In this document: positions 10,620 to 21,201 of the stretch, piece after piece
How positions within the stretch are numbered: position 1 is the first letter of the stretch
Layout: every line of letters starts with the position of its first letter
NCBI GenBank assembly: GCA_021800535.1
Contig: JAJYYV010000005.1
Coordinates: 3,607-67,606, forward strand
Source of the DNA: a bacterium
Lineage (GTDB): Bacteria; Ratteibacteria; UBA8468; B48-G9; DTJG01
Reading direction: 5' to 3'
DNA: 64,000 nt
Notes under the pieces: generated by a model
Database searches by the model: none
Told to the model about the DNA's origin: nothing
The model's input: the letters and a program-made list of their open reading frames with translations, nothing else
Translations under genes and position numbers: made by a program

Positions 10620-11864
10620 ATGACAAAGAAAAAATTATTAAAAAATAAAGATAAAAATATAGAACAAAATGAAATAGTGAATATCGCCAAAGATAAAAAA
10701 TATATGTTTGAAGAAAAATTTAGTGAAGCAAGAGATGAGATTTTTGCTTTGGGTAAAAAGAAAAAAGCTATTTCATTAGATGAAATAAATCAATTTTTAC
10801 CCATTGATACGCCCGGGGAAAAAATTGATGAATTGTTTGATGAGTTAGAAGATTTTGGTATAGATATTGAAAATGTTGACCAACTTGAGGAAATAGAGAA
10901 AGAAGAAGAAGAGAAAATAGACCTTGAAGCTGTTCGTAATCCACTAAAGTCTTATTTAAAAGATGCTGGGAGCTATACACTATTAAAATCTAAAGAAGAG
11001 GTAGTAATAGCAAAAGAAATGGAAACACAAAAAAGACGTTTAAACTCTTTATTAAAAAAATCTAATAATGGAGATAATCTTAAAATAGAAGCAGAAATAA
11101 GAGATGTTGAAAATAAATTTAATATTGCCCGTAATCAACTTATTCAGGCTAATTTAAGACTTGTTATAAGTATTGCCAAAAAATATACAAATCCAAAGTT
11201 GTCTTTAAGAGACCTTATTCAGGAGGGAAATATTGGTTTAATGAAAGCAGTGGAAAAATTCAGATATAAAGAAGGTTTTAAATTTAGTACTTATGCTACC
11301 TGGTGGATACGTCAGGCAATAACAAGAGCAATAGCAGACCATTCCGCAACTATAAGAATACCTGTTCATATGATAGAAAAAATAAATAAAGTAAATAAGG
11401 TTTCCCGATCCTTGTCTCAAGACCTTGATAGGGACCCGACAGATGAAGAAATTGCTGAGGCTGTAAATATAAAATTGGATAAGATAAAAAAAATACGCAG
11501 GTCCATGAGACCTGAACCAATTTCTCTTGATATGCCGATTGGCGATGAAGAAAGAGCGACTATAGGAGATTTTATACAGGACTCAGAAAATTCAACCCCC
11601 TTGAGATATACAAATATAAAATTGTTAAGAGAAGAATTTGAAAAGGCATTTGATATTTTAGATGAAAGAGAAGAAAAAATTTTAAGGCTAAGATTTGGAC
11701 TGGATGGTGAAGGATATCCAAGAACCCTTGAAGAAGTGGGTAAATACTTTGATTTAACAAGAGAAAGAATCCGACAGATTGAAAGTAAGGCGGTTTTAAA
11801 ACTTAAACATTCTCCTAAAATTAGTAAGTTAAAATCCTTTTTGGAAAAACTAAACTTTTCTTAA
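10620..11864 (+). CDS. rpoD: Primary RNA polymerase sigma factor
   Basis: [44 protein letters not shown]; directly follows dnaG. Confidence 0.96.
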   Translation: MTKKKLLKNKDKNIEQNEIVNIAKDKKYMFEEKFSEARDEIFALGKKKKAISLDEINQFLPIDTPGEKIDELFDELEDFGIDIENVDQLEEIEKEEEEKIDLEAVRNPLKSYLKDAGSYTLLKSKEEVVIAKEMETQKRRLNSLLKKSNNGDNLKIEAEIRDVENKFNIARNQLIQANLRLVISIAKKYTNPKLSLRDLIQEGNIGLMKAVEKFRYKEGFKFSTYATWWIRQAITRAIADHSATIRIPVHMIEKINKVNKVSRSLSQDLDRDPTDEEIAEAVNIKLDKIKKIRRSMRPEPISLDMPIGDEERATIGDFIQDSENSTPLRYTNIKLLREEFEKAFDILDEREEKILRLRFGLDGEGYPRTLEEVGKYFDLTRERIRQIESKAVLKLKHSPKISKLKSFLEKLNFS

Positions 11865-11868
11865 AAAA

Positions 11869-12630
11869 TTGAATTATATAAAATTTCTTGGTACAGCAGG
11901 CGCTCGTTTTGTTATGATAAAACAAGTGAGGGCTTCTGCTGGAATATGGTTCTCTATTAATGAAACGAACTTTATTGTAGACCCAGGACCGGGTACAATT
12001 GTAAGAATTAATAAAACCAGACCAAAACTTCCTTTAGATAAAATTAATGCTATATACCTTTCTCATAGACATTTGGATCATTCAGGGGATGTAAATGTAA
12101 TGATTGAAGTAATGACAGAAGGAGGTTTTAAAAAAAGAGGCATTCTTTTATGCCCGGAGGATGCTTTAAAAGATGACCCGGTTGTTTTTCAATATACCCG
12201 TAAATTTCTTGATAAAATTGAAATTTTAAAGCCAAATACCAGATATAAAGTTAATAATATTGAAATTGAAACAGGAATTAATCAAAATCATGGTTGTGAA
12301 ACCTATGGTTTTAAAATTTATTCAGAAAAAATTCCTATAATAGGTTATATTCCTGATACTCAATATTTTTCACAGATTATAGATTCTTATAAAAATACAG
12401 ATATTTTAATAATAAGTGTGGTTTTTTATGAAAAAAGGGATGGGATTCTTCATCTATGTCTTTCTGAAGCCTTAAATATAATCTCTGCCATAAGACCTAA
12501 AAAAGCAATTTTAACTCATTTTGGAACATCAATGTTAAAAAATAAAATATGGGAAAAACAGGAGGAAATAAAAGAAAAAACCGGAGTAGATGTAATTGCC
12601 GCCTATGATGGGATGATTGTAAATTTTTAA
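11869..12630 (+). CDS. MBL-fold metallo-hydrolase
   Basis: FLGTAG, VDPGPG, SHRHLDH (HxHxDH), THF. Confidence 0.85.
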   Translation: MNYIKFLGTAGARFVMIKQVRASAGIWFSINETNFIVDPGPGTIVRINKTRPKLPLDKINAIYLSHRHLDHSGDVNVMIEVMTEGGFKKRGILLCPEDALKDDPVVFQYTRKFLDKIEILKPNTRYKVNNIEIETGINQNHGCETYGFKIYSEKIPIIGYIPDTQYFSQIIDSYKNTDILIISVVFYEKRDGILHLCLSEALNIISAIRPKKAILTHFGTSMLKNKIWEKQEEIKEKTGVDVIAAYDGMIVNF

Positions 12631-12703
12631 AAATTTTGACGAAAGATAGTCTATTAAGATATAATTTATTTTTTTATATGAATGAAAATGGAGAAATATC
12701 AAA

Positions 12704-14281
12704 ATGGAAGAAATAAAAGTACTTGTAACAGATAATTTGGAGCAGGAAGGAATATCTATTTTAAAAAATGCCAATTTTTATGTTGAGGAAAAAGGTAAAC
12801 TTTCTGTGGAAGAACTTGAAAAAATTATAGGACAATACGATATTCTTATTGTAAGAAGCGGGACCAAGGTGTCATCTTCTGTTATAGAAAAAGCTGATAG
12901 ACTTAAAATTATTGGCCGCGCAGGTGTTGGAGTGGATAATGTGGATGTAAAAACTGCAACAGCAAAAGGTATTATTGTTATGAATGCACCAGAAGGTAAT
13001 ACGCTTTCGGCTTCAGAACATACTATTGGCCTTATTCTTTCTCTGGTTAGAAATATTCCCCAGGCTCATAATATTTTAAAAGCAGGTAAATGGGAAAGAA
13101 ATAAATTTATTGGAACTGAATTATTTGGTAAAACACTTGGTATTATTGGGTTAGGAAGAGTGGGGAAAAGAGTTGCTTTTATCGCTCATTCTTTGGGAAT
13201 GAAGATTTTAGGATTTGACCCATATCTTAGTCAGGAAGATGCTGTATCTTTAAATATAAGTCTTTTAACACTGGATGGTTTATGTAAACAGTCTGATATT
13301 ATCTCCCTTCATACCCCGCTTTTACCAGAGACAAAATATATTCTTTCTGAAAAACAGTTTTCCATTATGAAAGAAGGAGTAATAATTATAAATGCAGCCC
13401 GTGGTGGACTTATAGATGAAAGTGCTCTTATTAAATATATTAAAAATGGAAAGGTCAAGGGGGCTGCTCTTGATGTTTTTGAAAAAGAACCTCCAGTGGA
13501 AAGTGAGCTTTTAAAAATGGAAAATGTAGTTGTTACACCCCATCTTGGAGCTTCAACAAAAGAAGCACAGATAAATGTTGCCAGGGATATTTCCCAACAG
13601 ATTATAGATGCTATAGAAAAGAAGATTATAAGAAATGCAGTAAATTTACCCACTATGGATGAAAAATTGTATGAAAAAATGAAAGGATATCTATCTCTTT
13701 CTGAAAAATTGGGTATGTTTTTAAGCCAATTAGTGGATAATTTACCTGAATTTTTGACAATAGAATATGCTGGTGAGATTGTAAATTATGATATTAGTTC
13801 TCTGCGTGCCTATATTTTAAAAGGGTTCTTAGAAAAATTTTATCCTGTAACCTATGTAAATGCACCATTAATATTAAGAGAAAAATCTATTAAATTAAGC
13901 GAAATAAAAAGTGAAATGGCAGGTGAATTTTTTACTACTATTACTATAGAAGCAAAATATTTAGAGGAATCTTTTTCAGTTACCGGGACAGTCGTATCTG
14001 AAAAACTTAAAATTGTAAAAATTAATGGTTTTGATGTTGAAGCTGTACCTCAGGGTTATCTGCTTATTTGTTTTAATGATGATAAACCTGGTTTAATGGG
14101 TTATATAGGTACAGTTATAGGCAGGCAAAATGTAAATATTGCTTCTATGACACTTGGAAGAAAAGAAAAGGGTGGTCCGGCAATTACTGTTTTAAACCTT
14201 GATTCAGAAATTGACAACCAAACAATTAAAGAAATAAAACAATTTTCTGGAATATGGTGGATTAAACTTGTAAAATGTTAG
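12704..14281 (+). CDS. serA: D-3-phosphoglycerate dehydrogenase
   Basis: GRAGVGVDNVD, GLGRVG, TPHLGAST, C-terminal ACT domain (DKPG). Confidence 0.96.
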   Translation: MEEIKVLVTDNLEQEGISILKNANFYVEEKGKLSVEELEKIIGQYDILIVRSGTKVSSSVIEKADRLKIIGRAGVGVDNVDVKTATAKGIIVMNAPEGNTLSASEHTIGLILSLVRNIPQAHNILKAGKWERNKFIGTELFGKTLGIIGLGRVGKRVAFIAHSLGMKILGFDPYLSQEDAVSLNISLLTLDGLCKQSDIISLHTPLLPETKYILSEKQFSIMKEGVIIINAARGGLIDESALIKYIKNGKVKGAALDVFEKEPPVESELLKMENVVVTPHLGASTKEAQINVARDISQQIIDAIEKKIIRNAVNLPTMDEKLYEKMKGYLSLSEKLGMFLSQLVDNLPEFLTIEYAGEIVNYDISSLRAYILKGFLEKFYPVTYVNAPLILREKSIKLSEIKSEMAGEFFTTITIEAKYLEESFSVTGTVVSEKLKIVKINGFDVEAVPQGYLLICFNDDKPGLMGYIGTVIGRQNVNIASMTLGRKEKGGPAITVLNLDSEIDNQTIKEIKQFSGIWWIKLVKC

Positions 14282-14351
14282 AGACTAATAAGATTTTTAA
14301 ACATACCTGATTTTCTTTTTTCTTTCCAGGTTATATCTAAGGAGGTTAATA

Positions 14352-15902
14352 ATGATTATTACTGTAACTATTTTTAGTATATGTATTGGTATTATTTTAG
14401 GATATTTATGGCGAAAATATATTGGAGAAAGAACCTTAAAATCTGCAGAAGAAAGAGCAAAAGAAATTATAAAGGAAGCAGAAAATTCATCTTCTATTAA
14501 AAAGAAAGAAATTGATATTCAATCAAAAGAAACTTTATATAGATTAAGATCTGAATTTGATAAAGAAACCAGAAATAAAAGGAAAGAATTACAATTTCTT
14601 GAAAAAAGATTGGCTCAAAAAGAAATACTTATTGAAAAAAAAGCAGACATTATAGATAGAAAAGAAAGTGAAATTAGAAACAGAGAGTCATCTTTTTTTG
14701 AAAAAGAGAATAATCTTGATAGAAAGCAACAAGAACTTTTATCTGTGATTGAAGAAGAAAAAAAGAGATTGGAATCTATTTCAACAATGTCCAGGGATGA
14801 GGCTAAAAATATTCTTATAAAAATGATGCAGGAAGAAGCTAGAACCGATGGGATAAATATAGTTCGTAAAATAGAAGAAGAAGCAAAAGAAATAGGAAAT
14901 AAAAAAGCAAGAGAAATTCTTTTGGCAATAATGCAAAGACTCGCTTCAGATACAGCCAGTGAAACAACAATTTCCGTAGTTAATCTTCCAAATGATGAAA
15001 TTAAAGGCAGAATTATAGGAAGAGAAGGAAGGAATATAAGAGCATTTGAGGCATCAACAGGAGTAGACCTGATAGTTGATGATACCCCCCAGGCAATTAC
15101 AATATCATCTTTTAGTCTTTTAAGAAGAGAAATTGCCCGGATTTCTCTTGAAAGACTTATTGCCGATGAAAGAATTCATCCCGGTAGAATAGAAGAAGTA
15201 GTAAATAAAGTTAAGCAGGAAATTGAAGAAAAAATAGTAGATGAAGGTAAAAATGCGATATTTGAGGTTGGAGTTGAAAATATTCATCCTGAGTTGATTA
15301 AACTTATTGGTAAACTTAAATATAGAACCAGTTATGGTCAGAATGTTATTCAACACACCAAAGAATCTGCTTTTCTTGCAGGAATGCTTGCTTCTGAAAT
15401 AGGATTTGACCCTGTGATAGCCAAACGAGCGGCTCTTTTACATGATATAGGAAAAGCAATTGACCAGGAAGTTGAAGGAAGTCATCCTGAAATTGGAGGA
15501 GAAATACTAAAAAAATACAATGAAAAAGAAGAAATTATAAATGCTGCAATGAATCATCATAAAGATTTAGATATTTCTTCCCCCTATACTGTAATTGTTC
15601 AAATTACCGATGCATTATCTGCAACAAGACCCGGAGCAAGAAAAGATACTCTTGAAAGTTACTTAAAGAGAGTGGAAGAACTTGAAAAAATAGCTTCTTC
15701 TTTTAAAGGAGTAGACCAGGCTTTTGCAATATCAGCGGGAAGAGAGGTTAGAATTATTGTCAAACCTGATGAAATAAATGACCAGCAGGCATTACTTTTG
15801 GCTCGTGATATTGCCAGAGAAATAGAAAAAACTTTAACATATATTGGACAGGTAAAAGTTACTGTAATAAGAGAAAAAAGACATATTGAACTTGCCAAAT
15901 AG
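14352..15902 (+). CDS. rny: Ribonuclease Y
   Basis: N-terminal TM, coiled coil, KH (KGRIIGREGRNIR), HD (LLHDIGK), RPGAR. Confidence 0.97.
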   Translation: MIITVTIFSICIGIILGYLWRKYIGERTLKSAEERAKEIIKEAENSSSIKKKEIDIQSKETLYRLRSEFDKETRNKRKELQFLEKRLAQKEILIEKKADIIDRKESEIRNRESSFFEKENNLDRKQQELLSVIEEEKKRLESISTMSRDEAKNILIKMMQEEARTDGINIVRKIEEEAKEIGNKKAREILLAIMQRLASDTASETTISVVNLPNDEIKGRIIGREGRNIRAFEASTGVDLIVDDTPQAITISSFSLLRREIARISLERLIADERIHPGRIEEVVNKVKQEIEEKIVDEGKNAIFEVGVENIHPELIKLIGKLKYRTSYGQNVIQHTKESAFLAGMLASEIGFDPVIAKRAALLHDIGKAIDQEVEGSHPEIGGEILKKYNEKEEIINAAMNHHKDLDISSPYTVIVQITDALSATRPGARKDTLESYLKRVEELEKIASSFKGVDQAFAISAGREVRIIVKPDEINDQQALLLARDIAREIEKTLTYIGQVKVTVIREKRHIELAK

Positions 15903-15954
15903 TAGAGATAATTTAGCATAAATAAATTTTTAATAAATATTTCTTGGGAGTAAT

Positions 15955-17019
15955 ATGTGGTATTATTTATACGCAGGTGTTTTTTTTACAAGCTTATTGC
16001 TTTCATTTTTATTGGTTCCTTTATCAAAAAAATTAGCTTTTAATTTCCATATTCTTGATTATCCCTCTCAAAGAAAAGTTCATTTAAAACCCATGCCGCT
16101 TCTTGGTGGTTTGGGTATATATTTTTCAATTTTTTTTACTATTCTTTTAGGGCTCTGGCTTAAAAATTTTTTATTTGCACATTTTTATAATTATTACAAT
16201 GGAATTATTTCTGTTCTTCCTAAAATTTTTTCATTAATTATTATCCTGGGAATAGTTGTTTTTTTTGGTTTATTGGATGATATTTATCATTTTCGTTCAT
16301 ATCAAAAACTTTTTTTTCAGATTGTTTGTGGGATTATCACATTTCTGTTAGGTTTTAAAATAAACTTTTTACCTTTTCAATCTCTTGATTTTTTATTAAC
16401 TGTTTTTTGGATAATTTTATGTATGAATAGTTTTAATCTGCTTGACCATATGGATGGACTTTCTTCTGGAGTGGCTTTGATAGCAGGGATAATATTTTTT
16501 ATTTTTGCTGTAATGCATGGACAATTATTTATAGCAACACTTATTTCCTGCTTTGTCGGAGCTATGGCAGGATTTTTATATTATAATTTCCCGCCAGCAG
16601 ATATTTTTATGGGGGAATCAGGAAGCAGTCTTATAGGATATTTTTTGGGTGTTGCTGCAATTATGGGAACATATTATCATTATGAAATATCCAGGAGTTT
16701 TTTGCCGATTTTTAGTCCTTTAATTATTTTATCTGTTCCATTTTTTGATACTATAAGTGTCATTGTTATCAGAATAAAAAATAAAAAATCAATTTTTCTG
16801 GCGGATAGAAATCATATATCTCATAGGTTAATTAGTCTTGGAATGACAAAAAAGCAATCTATTCTGTTTTGTTATCTTTTAACTTTTTGTTGTGGAATTC
16901 CGGTATTATTTCTTGGGAATTTGAATATTTTTGAAGGTTTTCTTGTTATTTTCCAGGTGATTCTTATATTAATATGTGTTATTATTCTTGAAGGTATTGG
17001 AAGAAAAAAACATGATTGA
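15955..17019 (+). CDS. MraY/WecA(TagO)-family polyprenyl-phosphate HexNAc-1-phosphate transferase
   Basis: RKVH..PMPLLGG, GLLDD, NLLDHMDGL, YNFPPADIFMGESG, DRNHISHRL. Confidence 0.9.
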   Translation: MWYYLYAGVFFTSLLLSFLLVPLSKKLAFNFHILDYPSQRKVHLKPMPLLGGLGIYFSIFFTILLGLWLKNFLFAHFYNYYNGIISVLPKIFSLIIILGIVVFFGLLDDIYHFRSYQKLFFQIVCGIITFLLGFKINFLPFQSLDFLLTVFWIILCMNSFNLLDHMDGLSSGVALIAGIIFFIFAVMHGQLFIATLISCFVGAMAGFLYYNFPPADIFMGESGSSLIGYFLGVAAIMGTYYHYEISRSFLPIFSPLIILSVPFFDTISVIVIRIKNKKSIFLADRNHISHRLISLGMTKKQSILFCYLLTFCCGIPVLFLGNLNIFEGFLVIFQVILILICVIILEGIGRKKHD

Positions 17020-17698
17020 ACTGATATTAAGTCTTGATATAGATGAAGAAAAAAAGATAAAAGAGATTATTAACATAACTGAGAAGTATGTTAATTGGTA
17101 TAAAATTGGAATGATTCCATTTATAAAATTTGGTCCATCCATTATTGAATATCTGAAAAATAAAAATAAAAAAATATTTTTAGATTTAAAATTTTTTGAT
17201 ATTCCTAATACTGTTGCCAGCGCTTCAAAGATAGTTTTTGAATATAATATAGATATGTTTAATATTCATTTATTATCCGGAGAAAAAGTCATAGAATCTG
17301 TTTTAAATGAAAGAGAAAAATTTAAGAATAAATGTAGTATTATAGGTGTTACACTTCTTACATCTTTTTCTGATAAAGATATTAATCAGATAGGGATTAA
17401 CAAAAGTTTAAAAGAAGAAATAATATTTCTGGCCAATTTGGCATATAAAAATAAACTTAATGGAATCGTGTGTTCAGCAAATGACCTTGAGTTTTTAAGA
17501 CCAATGTTTCCATGTCCATTTATTATGGTATGTCCTGGTATTAGAATAGCAGAAATTCCTGATGACCATCAAAGGGTAGGCAGTATAAAACAATCTGTAT
17601 CTTTAGGAGCAGATTTTGTTGTTATAGGCAGACCTATTATAAACAATCCCAATCCTATAAACATAGTCCAGGAAATAATTCAGCAATTAAAACAATAA
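17012..17698 (+). CDS. pyrF: Orotidine-5'-phosphate decarboxylase
   Basis: FLDLKFFDIPNTV, VTLLTS, PGIR, DDHQR, IGRPI; start at MIELILS. Confidence 0.96.
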   Translation: MIELILSLDIDEEKKIKEIINITEKYVNWYKIGMIPFIKFGPSIIEYLKNKNKKIFLDLKFFDIPNTVASASKIVFEYNIDMFNIHLLSGEKVIESVLNEREKFKNKCSIIGVTLLTSFSDKDINQIGINKSLKEEIIFLANLAYKNKLNGIVCSANDLEFLRPMFPCPFIMVCPGIRIAEIPDDHQRVGSIKQSVSLGADFVVIGRPIINNPNPINIVQEIIQQLKQ

Positions 17699-17699
17699 T

Positions 17700-18800
17700 A
17701 TGAATGATAGAACTTTAGAAATAAATATTAATAATATAAAAAATAATATTATAGGTATAAAAAACTGGACAAAAAAATTATTTCTTGCTGTAATTAAATG
17801 TGATGCATATGGAATGGGAGCAGTTCATTTAAGTAGATATATACAGCAGGAGGTAGACTATTTTGGTGTGGAGACTATAGAAGAAGCTGTACAACTAAGA
17901 AAAAATAATATTAAAAAACCTATTCTTATTCTTGGACAAACATTACAGGAAGATATTAAATATGCTGATAAGTATAAGGTTGCTATTACTATAGGTTCTC
18001 TGGAATTTTTAAAAGGAATTTCTAAAAAAACAAAAAATTCAATTTCTGTGCATCTCAAATTTGACACAGGTATGGGTAGATTGGGTATAGCCCCTAAGGA
18101 TACAGAGAAAATATTGGAAGTCATTCATTCTTCAAAAAATATAAATTTAGAAGGAATTTTTTCTCATCTTGCAACTTCTGAGGACCCGGATAAAAATTTT
18201 GCTTTAGAGCAGATAAATATTTTTAAGAATATTTTAAAAAAATTTCCCGGCCGTAAATATATTACACATATTGCAAATTCCGGAGGAATAATCAATCTTC
18301 CTGAAAGTTATAAGGATTTTTCCATGGTTCGTTCTGGTTTGCTTCTTTATGGAGTTTATCCGAGTCTTTTTTTAAGAACATTTAAAAAAAAATCTTTTAT
18401 TACATCGGCAATTATAGGAAGAGCAAAAGTACTGCTTATAAAGGATATTCCATGTGGAACTTCAGTTGGGTATGGTAGAACATATATATGTAAAAAAAAT
18501 ATAAAAATTGCCTTGGTAAGTATTGGTTATGGAGATGGTTTAAATAGAAAACTTTCTAATAAGTTTTTTGTAAAAATAAAAAATAAAATTTTACCAATAA
18601 TAGGTAATATATCCATGGACCAGATTATCATTGAAACGCCGCAAAATTTAGATATTAAACCAGGAGATGAATGTATTTTTATTGATGATGAATTAAATAT
18701 AGAAAATATATCTCAGATTTGCAAAACTGTTCCACATGAGATATTATGTAATTTAGGAAAAGATAGACTAAAAAAAGTCTATATTATAAATACTCAGTGA
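17700..18800 (+). CDS. alr: Alanine racemase
   Basis: AVIKCDAYGMG, HLKFDTGMGRLG, GYGDG, ISMDQ. Confidence 0.95.
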   Translation: MNDRTLEININNIKNNIIGIKNWTKKLFLAVIKCDAYGMGAVHLSRYIQQEVDYFGVETIEEAVQLRKNNIKKPILILGQTLQEDIKYADKYKVAITIGSLEFLKGISKKTKNSISVHLKFDTGMGRLGIAPKDTEKILEVIHSSKNINLEGIFSHLATSEDPDKNFALEQINIFKNILKKFPGRKYITHIANSGGIINLPESYKDFSMVRSGLLLYGVYPSLFLRTFKKKSFITSAIIGRAKVLLIKDIPCGTSVGYGRTYICKKNIKIALVSIGYGDGLNRKLSNKFFVKIKNKILPIIGNISMDQIIIETPQNLDIKPGDECIFIDDELNIENISQICKTVPHEILCNLGKDRLKKVYIINTQ

Positions 18801-18856
18801 ATATTTACAATTTTGTTTTTTAAAAATTATATGATATAAAATTAAGGGGAGGATTT

Positions 18857-19624
18857 ATGGCAATTATACAAACAAAAGATCTTACAAAAATTTATACAAT
18901 TGGAAGAAATAAAACAGTTGTAGGTTTAAATCATCTTAATTTAACAATAGAAGAAGGTGAATTATTTGGAATTTTAGGCCCTAATGGTTCAGGAAAAACA
19001 ACATGTTTAAAACTTCTCCTGGGTACACTTTTTCCAACATCAGGGGAAGCATATATTATGGGGAAAACTCCTTATGATGTAGAAATGAAACAACATGTGG
19101 GTTTTCTTCCGGAAAATCCTTATTATTATGAATATCTTACAGGAAAAGAATTGCTTTTATTTTATGGCAAGCTGTTTGATATAGATAAAGAAGTGCTTAA
19201 AGAAAAAATAGAAGAGCTTCTTAAACTTGTTGGTTTGGAAAATACAAAAAAACTTAGTTTAAGACATTATTCAAAAGGTATGCTTGAAAGAATAGGTCTT
19301 GCTGCAAGTTTGATAAATGACCCAAAAATTTTAATTTTGGATGAACCAACAACAGGTTTAGACCCTATAGGGTGTCGGGATACAAGAAATCTTCTTATTC
19401 AATTAAAAGACGCCGGGAAAACAATTCTTTTATCCAGTCATTTCCTTTCTGAAGTGGAAAGAGTATGTACAAGGATAGCTATTTTACATAAAGGAGTTCT
19501 TCTTACTACAGGTAAACTTGATGAATTAATGGATAAATATAAATCAGTAAATCTAGAAGACCTATTTATTAAAACAATTGATGAATATGAAGAAAAAATA
19601 CAAACACAAGGAGTTGCACAATGA
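18857..19624 (+). CDS. ABC transporter ATP-binding protein (PilH-like)
   Basis: Walker A GPNGSGKTT, YSKGM signature, LDEPTTGLDP. Confidence 0.92.
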   Translation: MAIIQTKDLTKIYTIGRNKTVVGLNHLNLTIEEGELFGILGPNGSGKTTCLKLLLGTLFPTSGEAYIMGKTPYDVEMKQHVGFLPENPYYYEYLTGKELLLFYGKLFDIDKEVLKEKIEELLKLVGLENTKKLSLRHYSKGMLERIGLAASLINDPKILILDEPTTGLDPIGCRDTRNLLIQLKDAGKTILLSSHFLSEVERVCTRIAILHKGVLLTTGKLDELMDKYKSVNLEDLFIKTIDEYEEKIQTQGVAQ

Positions 19625-20385
19625 AAAAAACATGGATTTTGGCATGGAATACAGTAAGAGAATCTTTTAGAAAAAAAACTACATATATTATTATTCTTTT
19701 TGCTTTAATTATGATTGCTGCATCAGAATTTTTTGCATTTTTAAGTGCCCAGGAACAAACAAAAATGATAATGGATACAAGTTTTGCAGTAATAGAATTT
19801 TTTGGTTTTTTACTGGCTATGTTTGGTAGTATTACAGCAGTGAGTTCTGAAATTGAAAAAAGAACAATATATACACTTCTTACCAAACCTATTACAAGGA
19901 CAAATTTTATACTTGGAAAATATCTTGGGATGTTTTTTATTCTGCTTATAAATTTTGTTATAATGACAATTTTTTTCCTTTTACTTATCCACTTTAAAAA
20001 AATTCCAATCAATATAGCAATATTTAAAACACTTTTTCTTATATTTATGGAATTACTTGTAATTGCTTCTATCAGTTTGGCGTTGGCAACATTTACTTCG
20101 GATGCGTTTAATATTATAGCCTCATGTTTTCTTTATATCATCGGGCACCTTACAAGTTATGGAAGACAGGTTATAGAGATGACAAAAAATATTGTTATAA
20201 AAGGACTTGCAGATATGATGTATACAATATTACCTAATTATCAAAATTTTTCAATAAGAGATAAAGTGGTTGTTGGTATCCCTGTTCCATGGCAGTATGT
20301 ATTAATTGTTACAGGCTATGGAATTATGTATATAGTAATTGCTTTATTAATAGGAATATACTTTTTCAGGACAAGAGAAATATGA
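19621..20385 (+). CDS. ABC-2-type permease (PilI-like)
   Basis: Six TM segments, EIEKRTIYTLLTKPITR...LGKYLG motif, coupled to the ATPase. Confidence 0.88.
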   Translation: MKKTWILAWNTVRESFRKKTTYIIILFALIMIAASEFFAFLSAQEQTKMIMDTSFAVIEFFGFLLAMFGSITAVSSEIEKRTIYTLLTKPITRTNFILGKYLGMFFILLINFVIMTIFFLLLIHFKKIPINIAIFKTLFLIFMELLVIASISLALATFTSDAFNIIASCFLYIIGHLTSYGRQVIEMTKNIVIKGLADMMYTILPNYQNFSIRDKVVVGIPVPWQYVLIVTGYGIMYIVIALLIGIYFFRTREI

Positions 20386-21053
20386 AACAAAAAATTTGGC
20401 CGATTTTGTTAATAGCCATTCTTCTGTTTATACCATTGGGCTTTATACAGAACCAGATTAATTACGAAACAGTTGCTGATAATCTTCAGACAAATCTTGT
20501 TCTTATGCCTGGAGAAGCCGGAGATATGGTTTTAGCCGGATTTAAAGGGATTGCAGCTGATCTTTTATGGATAAATGTTGAAAATTATTGGCATAGAGGC
20601 GAACATTTTAAAATGATACCTTTGTTTTATATGGTTACATTACTTCAGCCTCATTGGATTTTAGCCTGGTCTTTGGGAGGTTGGCATATGGCTTATAATG
20701 TTCCTGCCGGTGTTAAAAATATTCAGGGGAAATATTATTGGTATCAGCAAGGTATACAATTCTTAAAAAAAGGGGTTTCATATAATTCTAGTAGGTATGA
20801 TTTATATTTTGAAACAGGATGGACCTATTATAATAAAGGAGAAGATTATTCAAATGCAGTAAAATATCTTAAACAGGCTGTTATATATCCTGGCCCGGAT
20901 TATGTGAAAGATGTTTTAGCCCATGCTTATGAAAAGGATGGGCATATCAATCAGGCTATAAAAGAATGGAAAAAACTACTGCATACAGATTTTAAAGGTG
21001 TTGCCAAAAGAATGATATATGACCTTAATACACGCGGATGGGCCACCCCATAA
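20382..21053 (+). CDS. Membrane-anchored TPR-like protein associated with the ABC exporter (PilG-like)
   Basis: N-terminal TM, GFKGIAADLLW motif, TPR-like helices; start at MKQKIW overlapping the permease stop. Confidence 0.65.
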   Translation: MKQKIWPILLIAILLFIPLGFIQNQINYETVADNLQTNLVLMPGEAGDMVLAGFKGIAADLLWINVENYWHRGEHFKMIPLFYMVTLLQPHWILAWSLGGWHMAYNVPAGVKNIQGKYYWYQQGIQFLKKGVSYNSSRYDLYFETGWTYYNKGEDYSNAVKYLKQAVIYPGPDYVKDVLAHAYEKDGHINQAIKEWKKLLHTDFKGVAKRMIYDLNTRGWATP

Positions 21054-21168
21054 TTGAATCCATCCAGATATCATCGTTGGTTTCGTCGTCAGCTTCGTCA
21101 ATATACATTTATCGTATGTTTCCTTGCTTCCTTCTCCCCGCCTTGTTATCTGGCGAATTCAATTATGG
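21048..21168. repeat. REP/MITE-like palindromic element between convergent genes
   Basis: Perfect 12-bp terminal inverted repeat CCATAATTGAAT / ATTCAATTATGG with inner CCAGATA / TATCTGG pair; interior more GC-rich than flanks. Confidence 0.6.
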
Positions 21169-21201
21169 TATATCCAATGTTGTTTTACTCTCTGGATAAA
21201 A

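Noticed and set aside
14282-14351. 6S RNA upstream of rny
   Set aside because: Only 70 nt of intergenic space with a weak ACCTG/CAGGT pair; too short
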